From assembly GCA_001642005.1 (NCBI GenBank), contig LWCA01000129.1, positions 1-49,523 on the forward strand: a stretch of 49,523 bases of DNA, given 5' to 3'. The position numbers were made by a program, and so were the translations under genes. This document shows, one piece after another, positions 11,880 to 23,686 of the stretch (the first letter of the stretch is position 1; each line of letters begins with the position of its first letter). The stretch is from Intoshia linei (Eukaryota; Animalia; Orthonectida). A model generated the notes under the pieces. It had not been told where the DNA came from, searched no databases, and worked only from the letters and a program-made list of their open reading frames with translations.

Positions 11880-12657
11880 CAATGCGCACAATAAACATAA
11901 GACACCCCGATTTATATTATTTTTTGGTCTATTAACATTAATTTTCATGAATATTTCATCTCTATTAAAAAAGGAATTAAAAACTACGCTTGTTGATATC
12001 ATTATTTTTCTTCTGCCTTCTTTATATGAAAAGTTATCAAACAAATCGCTAATTAGCCGCGCAATAAACATAGGACACTTCAAATTAAAATCACTTTTTT
12101 TATACGATAATCAAATTTAACAAAGTAATTACTATTTTCATTATGTTTATATATATAGTATCTTCTCAATAGTATATAATTTATTTATTATGGTTTATTT
12201 TAGCAATGGGCAGAGGTAAACCTTTAACTGATTTTGAAGAGGGTCAAATTATGGCATTAAAAACAGAAAATAAATCACACCAATACATTGCTAAGCAGAT
12301 TAAAAGGTCTAGAAATGTGATATCGAGGTTTATACACAACCCAGAGTCATATGGAAAGTCAAAAAGTGTAATGAACTGGCCATCGAAGTCTCCTGACCTT
12401 AACCCAATAGAAAACTTATGGGGAATTTTGGCAAGGTCCGTATACAAAAATGGCAGGCAATTTAAAAATAGGGATCAGCTGACGCAGATAATATTGACAG
12501 AATGGGAAAATATCCATAAAGATGTTATTGAAAAGTTAGTATTGACAATGAAGGATAGATGCCTTGAAGTTGTGGTCAATAAAGGAGAAAAGACACATTA
12601 TTAAATTGTAAATACATTATTTTAATTTGAGGTGTCCTATGTTTATTGCACGCACTG
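11880..12657 (+). mobile_element. Internally deleted Tc3-like (Tc1/mariner) element, 778 bp, IR/DR-type ends, TA TSD
   Basis: Left end TA|CAATGCGCACAATAAACATAAGACAC (11880). Inner repeat GCGCAATAAACATAGGACACTTCAAATTAAAA (~12059-12090). Right end TTTTAATTTGAGGTGTCCTATGTTTATTGCACGCACTG|TA (12620-12657). Confidence 0.92.
12206..12604 (+). CDS. Truncated Tc3-like transposase, 132 aa (N-terminal HTH fused in frame to the C-terminus)
   Basis: MGRGKPLTDFEEGQI...IAKQIKRSRNVISRFIHNPESYG is a Tc3 paired-like HTH. It is joined directly to WPSKSPDLNPIENLW...THY*. The second HTH and both catalytic Asp regions are missing. Confidence 0.8.
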   Translation: MGRGKPLTDFEEGQIMALKTENKSHQYIAKQIKRSRNVISRFIHNPESYGKSKSVMNWPSKSPDLNPIENLWGILARSVYKNGRQFKNRDQLTQIILTEWENIHKDVIEKLVLTMKDRCLEVVVNKGEKTHY

Positions 12658-13155
12658 TATATTGGTTTACAATTAATTTTAAAAAATCGTAGAAATTTAT
12701 TTTAGGGTTGCTAAAGATGGAACGTTAATTTCATGTGTCGAACGTTCCATTTTCATTTTTAGTTTACGAGTATTCATTTTCTTGTTTCTGATGATCATCT
12801 CTAGAGATTAATGTTCATTTTGGTCACACTACATTCAAATATTTCTATTTAGTGCTAAGTGTGTGCCAAGTTGACATTTCAAACATAAAAAGTTTCAAAA
12901 ATACTACATTAATATGTCGGAAACTATTACGTTTAATTTTTGTTCAAAATGATAATAATGCTGTCTACGATCATGAGGGTCTAACATTTTTTATTTGACG
13001 TTATTTTTTAATGGGTGATTTATTTTATTTTAATTTGTATAGTTTGTTTTAATATAAAATTTTGTATTTATATTAAATCTCGTGATCAGGAAGATAATGC
13101 AAGAAGTTAACATTCAAAAGTGTTATAGCATTTTTACGACAAAGTATGGTTTAGA

Positions 13156-13254
13156 CAGGACAATGGAAAGGGTAGGGTCACATGCCTCGAACCTACAATG
13201 TCGGTTTACAATTTCTATTCGGCCCAGGCCTAATGTTGGCTTTCCACGTCCCTG
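13156..13254. mobile_element. 99-bp hAT-type MITE
   Basis: Ends CAGGACAATGGAAAG / CTTTCCACGTCCCTG. 8-bp TSD GGTTTAGA / AGTTTAGA (7 of 8 match). The right half is similar to 20135-20185. Confidence 0.7.
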
Positions 13255-13328
13255 AGTTTAGAAACAAATAAAGTGTGTGAAATCAAATCTTGAATACGAG
13301 AAACTAAAAAATTATCGACTCTGATATA

Positions 13329-13355
13329 CAGTGCCCGACATAAGTCTTAGGCACC
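13329..13355 (+). mobile_element. Solo Tc1-like left TIR
   Basis: TA|CAGTGCCCGACATAAGTCTTAGGCACC has the typical CAGTG start and resembles the reverse complement of the TIR at 578-603. No partner end was found. Confidence 0.5.
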
Positions 13356-14726
13356 TCAGTTGTAATTAATTTAAACACTCCTGATTCATGATTTAAAATA
13401 TTTTCTTATATTATATCTAGTGTATGATCAAGAACAAATATTTAACAACCCTAAAAAAGTAAAAACTATATTTCTATGATTTCTATGAAAACTATGATTT
13501 CGAGGAACAGTGTTACGTGATAATATTAATGAAATAAACGTTTGGTTAATGAAATAAAATTAATTTTTAAATTATATATCATATCCGATTAAATCAATGC
13601 ATCAAAATCGGACAAATTTAATAATTTCTATGTATATTGTTTAACCTTTACACTAAACCTTGTTATCAACAGTTGAATAGTTTTAAAGTGTTAAAAAAAA
13701 GGTTTGGTATATAATAGTGATAAAATATAATTATAATTAGATTTAATTATATACAATTAAATTTTTCAAAAGTTAAATGTATCCTGCTATGATAAACGGA
13801 TAAATATTCATGATGTTGCGCCATTAGATTCATTCAACAGTAAAACAATAATATCAACAACATTACCCAATTGAAAACGAATAACTGTTCTAATCCTATA
13901 TTATAGATGCCAAACTATAATACAAAATTGAAATTTTGCTAAATAAGATTAATAAGAGTCAACGTCAAGACGGAATTATGAGTCAGTTACAAATATTCTA
14001 GATAGTTTTATATTAATTGAATCCACAAGTCAATATTTCTAATTCGCACCATATCAGTTTGCAAATGATTGTAATAATATATTGGCATTTATTTAACATT
14101 TCACCAGTATTAAACGTCAAACATGATATTCAAATTAACACATAGTTATTTGCCACAGAGTAAACATATCAAATACTTTTTCATCGAGTCAATATTAGTT
14201 CTATAATACTGAACCCATCTGCAAACCGAGTTTATATTGTCCAGCACACGCAGCTGTAACGCCTGTAATATAAATCTTTTTGTGGTTTATAGAGATATAT
14301 TAGTTAATTTTGATTGATAGTTATGAATTATATACTAAATTTATGTTTTTGGTTTGTTATACATTCCTTTATGAATCTTAGCATTTCAACAATAAAAGGT
14401 GAAAGTTCACATCTTACCATGTGTGCAGAATCGTGTCGTTTCGGTTGATTGATACAGCCACGTGCTGAACACGTATATAAAAGTATAATACAATATAATT
14501 TTGTACTGGTATTTCTAACTTTTAACCGAAAACTACTTATCTGTAATTAATGTCAACCCAAAAAAATAATGTAATTGAATAGCGAATAGATAACAATCAA
14601 ACAACTATTTTAACAAAAGACTAACAATTAATCCAGTATAATCTTGAACATTTAGTACACAATAAATTTTGATGTAATGATAACGAGCGTTAATTTGAAT
14701 TAAACCAAGTATTAATTAACAAAATT

Positions 14727-16196
14727 TTATAATTTAATATCTTGAAAACAACGTTTTTTTAGTGGAATAGTTTCTTTGGTAAAAAATTCATCACAAGGAG
14801 ATGTAAATGGAGATATACTTTGAGGTGGTGACAAAATAGAATCACAAGAAATATCGTCAAACAGCATGGATCTTTTCCGCTTTCTATCATGAGAAAGTAT
14901 ATTTTGGTTGGTTAGTGTTTTATTCAAATCTTGAGACTCAACATCTGGTGACCCAATATCATGTGGATAGTCGTCGCCTGACGAGGAGATGGGAGAAGAC
15001 AGAAATACGGTAGGTTTGATAGGTTTCAAGGTATTTTTTTTATAATCCAGGGAAATGGTATTTACAGAAGCACGGGACGACATTTGTTTAAAATAGTTAA
15101 TACTCTTGAGAAAGTCCATCTAAAAATTACAATATAACGGCCACTCAACATAATTGATACAAGTGTTATGCATAATGAACACAAGACTAAGTGTTTGATA
15201 TCACACTGTATCCAAGTAAAAATAACCGCCAAAAATGAAATGTTGATATATTAACTTTCTTTCAAACTCATTAATATTTAACGCATTTAAACTAAAAGGC
15301 GTTAAACATATTGAGACTTGGGAATACAATTTTATATCGACACAATTGAGTCAAGTGATCAAAATTTACAATAAAACTTACTTGAGCATATTGCAAAATG
15401 TATGAAAATTTATGTGGTGTAAGGTCCATTTCTATATCGAAAAAATCGTATATAGATAATATAATGGCAGTAAGAGATTGTACAGATGGTTTTACCGTGC
15501 AAAATTGTGAATCTAAATTAAAATTATTTTTTTACATTACGAGATATACATAGAAGAGTTTGGTTTAGGAGTAGATATACATTATTTTGTACATATTTTT
15601 GAATGTTTTCATCTAATCGAAATTGAGAAAGAATGCATGGTAGAAAGTCGTGTGGAGTTACTACATCTACGTTCCAATTAAGTGATGTTAGAATTTTAAT
15701 CTGTAGACTCTAAATTAAAATTAACTCTATAAAAAATAAAAATTACATTTATATTGTCCTTTTTGGTACTATTGTCTGTATAAATAACGAGTGCTTCAGG
15801 GGTAATTGGCGTTTCGTCTTTTAATTTAGATGCAATTAAAATGCATGCAGCAGCAATAGATTGCAAATAATTTGGTTTCGTTTGTATTGGGTTAATTCCG
15901 ACGTATCTGTCAAGATAGTTTACAGCCAGAATTACAACATTAGGGTTGCTGTTCATGTTGTCACATACATCAATCATCCATCTTACGACAATTTCTCTGC
16001 CTTGCTCAGTAATTTCGGTGAGGTCCGAATCGATATACAAATAAGAAATGAAAAGATCTTCGACAAATTGCAAGTTTTTTATCAATTCCAAATCAAATTC
16101 TGGGTCCGTATCGCGGAGGTGAGTCAATGAAAATTTGCTTGAATCTTTGTTAATTGGTATAAATTCCTCGGAGCAAAGTAAATTCATAGATTCCAT
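14727..16196 (-). CDS. CCND: G1/S cyclin D, 4 exons
   Basis: N-terminal LxCxE (LLCSE), cyclin box REIVVRWMIDVC..AVNYLDRY..LQSIAAACILIASKLKD..LVIYTDNS, and LNWNVDVVTPHDFL. Exons 16196-15747, 15709-15550, 15512-15382 and 15119-14727. Ser/Pro-rich tail ending FQDIKL. Confidence 0.92.
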
Positions 16197-16233
16197 AATT
16201 TTAAATACAGGTGAATCGTTTCAAAGTTTTTAT

Positions 16234-16239
16234 CACGTG
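16234..16239. promoter_or_regulatory. CACGTG E-box 37 nt upstream of the cyclin D ATG
   Basis: Motif seen in sequence; function inferred. Confidence 0.3.
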
Positions 16240-18801
16240 GAAAAAAATGTAATTACAATTTGTGATAAGCGCAATCAATTAGAAAGCATAATGAAATGAA
16301 TATAAAATTGGTTTCATATCGTTGTGTAAAAATATTAAATAAACGCAGCATGGATTGAACCAATAACAGCAATTGTTAAGAGACTAGGCTAGTGTATAAA
16401 CAAAACACGCCCAGACTATAAACGCGTATATTGTTATTTAAAACTGCATACTATGCTTCCATGAATTGTTTTCGGTTAACATTTTTTTGTACTTTAAATT
16501 TCTTATCGACAATGCAGTCACACCATTGTTTACATTTCAATTATATAAATTACACAGGATGCAATTACATCATGCTCACACAAAACATTTAATTATTTAC
16601 GTGATTTTATGATTATTGTGTAATAAATTGAATAAATAAATGGAAATGTGAAATGTGATAAGAATATTACATTTACATGTTTTTTCTCCATTTAAAGGGC
16701 AGTGACTTTGCACTCGACCATGATTCACCAATAGTTAGTGATTAACGTACACTGCATATAATTGATAATTGGCTGACATGATAAATAAATCAAATATTGT
16801 GTTTTATTATGACCAAAATATGTACGTTTGCACCCATTAATCAAAAATAATTAATTGCCAATTTTACTTTACTGGTTATTTTTTGACAATTTCATTGAAA
16901 CAATGACAAACAGATTAAAAGACACATTTACATTATGTCAGAGAGACATTTCCGGTGTAATGCATTAATGAGTCAATTTGTTTATACAATTATGACGATG
17001 AGTAGTATGTAGGATTAACATTGATGTGAATATCATAATTATTTAAACATTCAATTCCTCACGTTCTTATTAAAATATCACTACAATTGAATTGATGGTA
17101 CATGATCGGGCAGACGATTCATTAATGTCAAATGTCTTAATTATATTTAATTTTAATTTTAATCATACATTTTATTTTCGTAATAAAATATACAATTCAA
17201 TTTATTCAAGTGTCAAATGTACAGCAATTCCACGCGTTCAAGTCATAAATTATAATCTCAACATTTTTCAAACGCAAGTGCTGTGTCTCAAACCGCACAC
17301 TGAAACGCAATCGTAACTATCAATATACAATTAACACCACGTTCGGTCAATGTTTAATCATCAGTCGATCTTCACAGTTCACAATTTGGATATATATTAT
17401 CATTTTTTGTTTCCATAGGTTTATTATCTTAAGTGCCTAATAAATAATAACTTAACTTAAGTGTGATTTTTAAATTTCTTGATTGGTGTTTTCTTTAATC
17501 TAAAGTTGTAGTGTTGTTTTAAATGTAGCAATTAATCAACTGTAATGTTTATCAGATGTTTCATATCATACAATGAATACATGAATAAATTTAACATTTT
17601 ATTATTTTCCCACGTCAATTTGGTCACAATTATTCTTTTGATGATTAAATTTTATGACTTAATTAATAATATTTTAACATTTATCTTGATTACTTTGTTA
17701 ATACATTTTCTCATCAAATTAAATATTTTTAACTACATTTACATATATATTTGAGTTTAATTTTTCAGTATTGTAACAATCAACAATATAATTCTTGGGA
17801 AAATTTAATCCATGTAACCAACAGGGGGCCATTGTGAAATAAATTTTAATTAATTGAATCTAAAACAGTAATTGTGTTTTAAAATTTTGCATCACTTTCT
17901 ATTCATACCCGATCGAGACCAATTTAAACTGCGGCCATTACATATAACTCATTAATTATATAATTTAACCTTCTGAATATTAATTAATAAGTGAAACTGA
18001 AACTAATCCTTATGACTAATTATTATTCTGTGAAATAAATCCTAAACGTACTTTCTAATTCTATTCCATTTAAATATTAAAATAAGTTTCGAGAAGGAAG
18101 CTTTTTATCCCAACAAAATGAATTCGTTTTAAGTGTGTACTGTAGGCCACAAGTAGAAATATTTTTTTTTTTGAAACTGATTGAAATTTTGGATTTGGAT
18201 TGCAAAGTTGAACTAAAAAAAAGATAAAAACTAAACTTATACATCGAAGACGTATTTGATATATTACCTGATTTATGTTGATCATTATTTCGGATACACG
18301 ACATAAACCTTTTAAAAAAATGTAACCATCGTGAATCACGATTCATGATCGCGAGAAAAAATTACATCGCATGGACTGGGTTTCACCAAGAAAGATTTTA
18401 GTTGGGGAATTTCAATTCAATTACAATTTATATGGAAAAATTTTTTATATACCCTGATGATACAGATATTAATGTTTCAGGGTTTTTTATAATAGAAATT
18501 TTCATAATTATAATTTCGAGGTACATTAATTTTGTCGTGTATATTGTAACAGTGAAAATCATTATAAAAATGGTACTCAAATTAATGTACTACTCAAATG
18601 TAATCTACGTTAATATTTAACACGATTGACACTAACGGTCATATTTTTACCAATTTTTTGACCAATTCCGGTTTTTAATAATCATAAATTGAAAATAAAA
18701 TTAATAATTTATAAAATAACGTAATAAATGTAATAACGCCCAGAAACAAGTACTGTAATACTTGTCACATATGTGATGTAAACTGTTCAGTGCGTGTAAA
18801 T

Positions 18802-19428
18802 CAGTGTTTCCCAACATTTTTTATGCTAGGCCCCACTTTTACTCTTAAAAAAATCCCAGGTCCCACTGAAAAAAATTCGAGCGAATTATAATAAAATAAT
18901 CATAAAAACAATGATAATGTATTTATTTTTTAGAATTAATGAGACGATTGAGGCTGACGATTCTGAATTTTGATTCTGAGTTTATTAATATTAGGTACAT
19001 ATACTAATATATTATGTACTAATGTTGTAAACTTTAATCGTATATCTCCCCTTTTTGAAATTTGTAGTCTATTTATTTTTTTGTCAGTAAGTCTAAACCC
19101 GCATTCTGATAAATAAAAGGATGGAAATGGCAACAAATCGGATAATTTTGCATATACTCATCAATTTAGTTAAACTTGAATTGAATAGCCCACGATCATT
19201 AAGGATATATTTGTTTTTTGTCATTCTAATAATATAATAATACAATTAATTGGTTCAAGTATCACATAACCACTTATAAACCTGAGAATATTGTATAAAA
19301 TTAACAACAAATTAATCTAAAGTTTTCAAATCATAAATTAATCATAAATTTGTAATATTTCCCAGGCCCCACCAAATTTCCAATGTCCCACCAAAAATTT
19401 CGTCATGCCCCACGGTTGGGAAACACTG
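18802..19428 (-). mobile_element. 627-bp non-autonomous hAT (Buster/Charlie-like) element with a transposase C-terminal remnant
   Basis: TIRs CAGTGTTTCCCAAC / GTTGGGAAACACTG. Perfect TSD GTGTAAAT with central TA. Minus-strand LPFPSFYLSECGF..NRL..GDIRL..PNINKL..QSSH* at 18936-19136 is a hAT dimerization-domain tail. Confidence 0.95.
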
Positions 19429-19452
19429 GTGTAAATTCTAACTGTGCAATGG

Positions 19453-19651
19453 AAAATATGTATTTTTTTGCATTATAATTAGGGCTAGTTTTTTAATAAC
19501 CTATAGAAATTAAAAAAATAACCTAACGTCCAATTTTTGGTAACTTTATAAAATTTTAGAAATTTTTTTATATGCACTAGACCTCTGCAGAAACAAGGTC
19601 TTTATAATAAATATTATTTGCCCTAATTATAAGTCAAAAACAGTATATTTT
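19453..19651. repeat. ~200-bp foldback element (MITE-like)
   Basis: TTATAATTAGGGC (19473-19485) and GCCCTAATTATAA (19620-19632) are perfect inverted copies, with imperfect extension outward. Confidence 0.5.
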
Positions 19652-19946
19652 TGAAATATAATTCACTTATTTGAAACATACAAAAAATGTGAAATGAAAT
19701 TAAATGAGTCATAATTAAATTTCAAGTAAAATTTAAGATTTTTAGGCTATATACAAAATATATGTAAATAATTATGTATTAAATTTGTAATTTATTTTTT
19801 ATCAGTTATGGAGTAGAATGTTTAGTTGAGAGATATACAATGTTAATTAGTTTAACAAATGTCACATTTCTTTGAGGGATTAATAAAAATTACACCATAA
19901 AAATCATAATTATTTATATTAAAAAATATATGACAATATGGTAATA

Positions 19947-20185
19947 CAGTACCGTGGAAAGCCATAAAAGTGGAAAGTGGAAATCACATTGGTCATAATA
20001 ATAAAATCAGAAAGAAATTTTCCATAGTAAAAAATGTTCTATTAACAGTCCAATTAGTTATTTTCAATTTTTAGATAATGAATGATTGTAGATTAAGCAA
20101 TGTATAGAGGTCTTTATTTTTAAATTTTTTTAAGGGCCTACAATTTTCATCTGACCGAGTCTACTCATGGCTCTCCATGACCCTG
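19947..20185. mobile_element. Decayed hAT-type MITE, same family as 13156-13254
   Basis: Ends CAGTACCGTGGAAAGCCAT / ATGGCTCTCCATGACCCTG, with a shared internal CTACAATTT...GGC block. Confidence 0.55.
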
Positions 20186-21329
20186 ATTCCAGTCAGATCA
20201 AATGTATATTTTTACACTAAAATGTATAAATAATACAATATAATATTTTTTACTATTATTCATCAGCAAGTAATTAAAAATTCATGAAATTTAAGGTAAT
20301 CTGAGCCTGAAGGCATCGTTGTGTTTATTAACCATTCTAAAAATGTCGAAACGACATTTTTACAATTCTTATTATGAGATCATATAATTATCAAAAATTA
20401 AATGTAAATGTATAACATTTTGGATTGCATTCCTGCATCTACTGTTACATCCGTATGAATTTTTATGATCCTATTAATTCTAAAATACATACATGTATAG
20501 TATATGTCATTACAACGAGGCAATATTGTAAAATTATTAATTATAATAACTGCCGCCATTGGTTTAACCACCATACTATAATCGTAGAGAATCTGCAGTA
20601 GATGTAGATCAGATACAAATATAACGTTTATATAGTGTATATAATTAATTTTGACTTATTCAAACCTATTACAATGAAATATAAGTATAATATGACAAAA
20701 ATCGTAAGTTAAAATAAAAAATGGTAGATTTTTATAATTGTGATTAGTGTTACTGACCCTGTCCTTTTCACGAAATGCTCTAAATCAGTGGTTTACAATG
20801 TGTACAAAGGGGATTGCTAAAAATATTAATGAATGTCAGTATTTTTTTGTAGTTAATTAGTTGATAAATTGTCCTTATTGATATATTAGGTATTACCTGT
20901 CATCTGAGCTATGGAACGCTATAAAACTCAAGTATCTAATTTAGATATTTATATTAGTAATTAGTAAGATCATTGAAAAAATTACATATGCATTTGTCGG
21001 GTAATTTGAATAAAATCTTTATCTACGATCTTTAACGTTTAAACTTTAGCGTAAATAAAATCTTAAACTAATCAAAATTACTATTATGATGATATCGAGA
21101 CAATACAACTTTTTTTAATATTGGACATAACAATATTAGCTTTTTAGCGGATAGTTGTATTCTTAGCAGATATATTTTCAATAATTATTTGAACAATGTG
21201 TCGTGAATTATTATTTTATATATTAAAATGTTCTAATTATTTTATCTTTGGAATTTTTGTAAATCTCAATTATTACTCTTTAACTTTGGTTAAATTTAAA
21301 TGGTAAAGCTTTACTTCACACAAATAAAT

Positions 21330-21780
21330 AGAACATGCAACGACGGATAATGATTGATTTTTCAATACATTGTTTTTTTCCCCGTAAGTATTGATTAGTC
21401 TTGTTCATTGTTTCAAATTTTTAAAAAAATCACTAAGTTTTTATAATTTTCCCATTATATAATAAGTATTGTGCGTTCAAGGCTTTTTACGGGTACCATA
21501 TAATGGTATTAATATATCCATTATAAATAAATCTGCTAATAGTCATATTGTTCATGTAAATATAAATCTTCCAGAGGGGATAGGTTTAAATTTACCAAAT
21601 TTTAATGAAAAAACCGACTTATCGAGACTTTAATTGAATGATCTTTATATATTACATATAGTGTTATAAAGCTCAGAAAATCATTTAATTTCATATTAAG
21701 GCTAGTATCCGTTTCTTAAAAAAATGGAAATTCTGCTACGATGTGTTACGAATAGTTTTTTGGGTATTGCAATTATTTAA
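21330..21780 (-). pseudogene. Possible decayed LTR-retrotransposon integrase relic
   Basis: Minus-strand fragments CNTQKTIRN..NFHF and FGKFKPIPSG...ADLFIMDILIPL resemble the integrase zinc-finger-to-core junction. Many stops. Confidence 0.3.
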
Positions 21781-22843
21781 ATAAATGTATTATAATATGT
21801 TTTTTATCATATACAAAGTAATTTCATTTTAAAATAAAAATTGTATATATACTATTGCTCATAATGAATGCATAAATTAGTTAATTTTTAAGAATACTAT
21901 TATGGATCATTTTAAAAATGACCTTTCGTTAACGAATAAAACGATCAGTTAGTAAATTGTAACATGAGTTTAGTCTAATATAGTGCTATATATAAAAAAA
22001 TCTCAACAGGAAACTTAATTTTAGTTTCACCTTATAGCATTTTGTGACGATTGTTATATGTGACATAAGCTGTGTAGTATTCTGCTAAGGCCGAACAAAA
22101 TAAAACCTTTCAGTCTCAAAATGCACGTGTTAATGAAATATTCTTAATTATAATTTGAATTGAATAATAAAATTTTAAAAATAAGATGCTCTTTACATTA
22201 TTAGCTAAAGGTTCATTTCTAGTGAAAATTGTATAAAAACGGACATTTATTTTGACACATTTCAATATATAAATCAATTTTCATAGTGAATATTAGTGGA
22301 CAATGCAAGCTAATGTTTAGCTGTCCATTTCGATTAATTCACTGAATGAACATTAGATAAAAACGTATGCTTTAAAAAAACAGTTTTAAAATTATGTAAA
22401 TTCTCAATGGGCATGATATAATAAATTTATCACTATTATATGTCAAAAAGGGAAAACAAAGTTAACCTAATTAAAATACTAGCCAGTATACAATATTGGG
22501 CTTCGTCAATAAATCATGGGTGGTTCATATATAATATTGTTTAATAAATCAATTGAAAATGCACTCAAAAACGAGGGTAATATTAGCTAAATCATATGCT
22601 GGTGTAATCGGAGATAATATCCACACAAAAAAGCCGCTTGAAGTTGATTCTAATAATAAATGAGTCCGTTAATTTTAAACAAGAATAAAATTTTACTTTC
22701 ATATTAATGAAAACTAAACTGAGAGAACAACAATTTTAATTTCCATTGTTAATAATTCATCCGCTATTATTAATTAATAAGATCTTTGTTGCAAATAAAA
22801 CAAATATAATGAAACAAAACTAAAATTATTTTAATTACAAACA

Positions 22844-23505
22844 TTATCTAGGAGGCATAAAAGTTTTAGCTGGCTTGACATTAGGAAATATTGATTTAGA
22901 ATCCTCACATTTGTGTAATACAATCGACGGATAGTTATTATTATTGGACACAAGTTCAACTTTATCACCTGTAAAATGTATAAAAAATAAAATTAACTAA
23001 CTATGAATGAGCTTTGAAAGTGCTAAACGCAACTCTTCGTCTATAATTGGCCTAGGCTCCTGAATGGGTTTCCATCCTTCTGGTGGAGACGAGGGAGGAG
23101 AAATAAAGTATAACTTGTCGTTAATGGGAGGTTTAAGTAAATAGTCTTCATCAATCTCAGCGTTACTAAAATGTCTTTGAGAATCCTAAACAAAGTAAAT
23201 AATCTCATTTGCAATACAACTTACTGATGAGTTTACTATATCGCAATTAATTATGTTTTTCATTAAACTCAAACCATTAAAGTAGTGATATATTATTCTT
23301 AAATTTAAACTAGATGATGCATATATAATTATTCTCAAATTTTCATAGCGAATTTTAGCATCAGTGTCGATTTTGTTGATTAAATTTTCAAATATAACCT
23401 AAAATCAATAAAAATTAGAATAAAAATCCAGGTTACTCTTATATTTTTATCTGAAAATATTTCTTGATTTACATTTCTCAGTTCCAAAACTTCTTCCAGA
23501 ACCAT
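22844..23505 (-). CDS. RCAN: Regulator of calcineurin (calcipressin/sarah), 4 exons
   Basis: Exons 23505-23437, 23398-23225, 23185-23002 and 22968-22844, with introns of 38, 39 and 33 nt. Diagnostic LKPPINDKLYFISPPSSPPEGW, PxIxIT-like PSIVLHKCE, and C-terminal TFMPP. Confidence 0.95.
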
Positions 23506-23686
23506 TTTATATTGAAAATTGCCAAGTAGTAGAGAACATTTTATGTTTGGTAACCAAAACTAGGATACTCAATTCACTTATCAATACCTAATCGTCATTT
23601 CTTAAGTTTTGCGAAATAATAACAAAATTTTAAAATAGTTTATTAAATTATACATATTAATCATGTGTATAAATTAAAAGGTTTAA

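Noticed and set aside
12717-12750. Hairpin ATGGAACGTT..AACGTTCCAT as a pre-miRNA
   Set aside because: The stem is only 10 bp, too short for a Drosha/Dicer substrate.
17092-18620. Short ORFs of 69-89 aa upstream of cyclin D
   Set aside because: I/F/N/K-biased composition typical of random AT-rich DNA, with no motifs or coherent splice structure.
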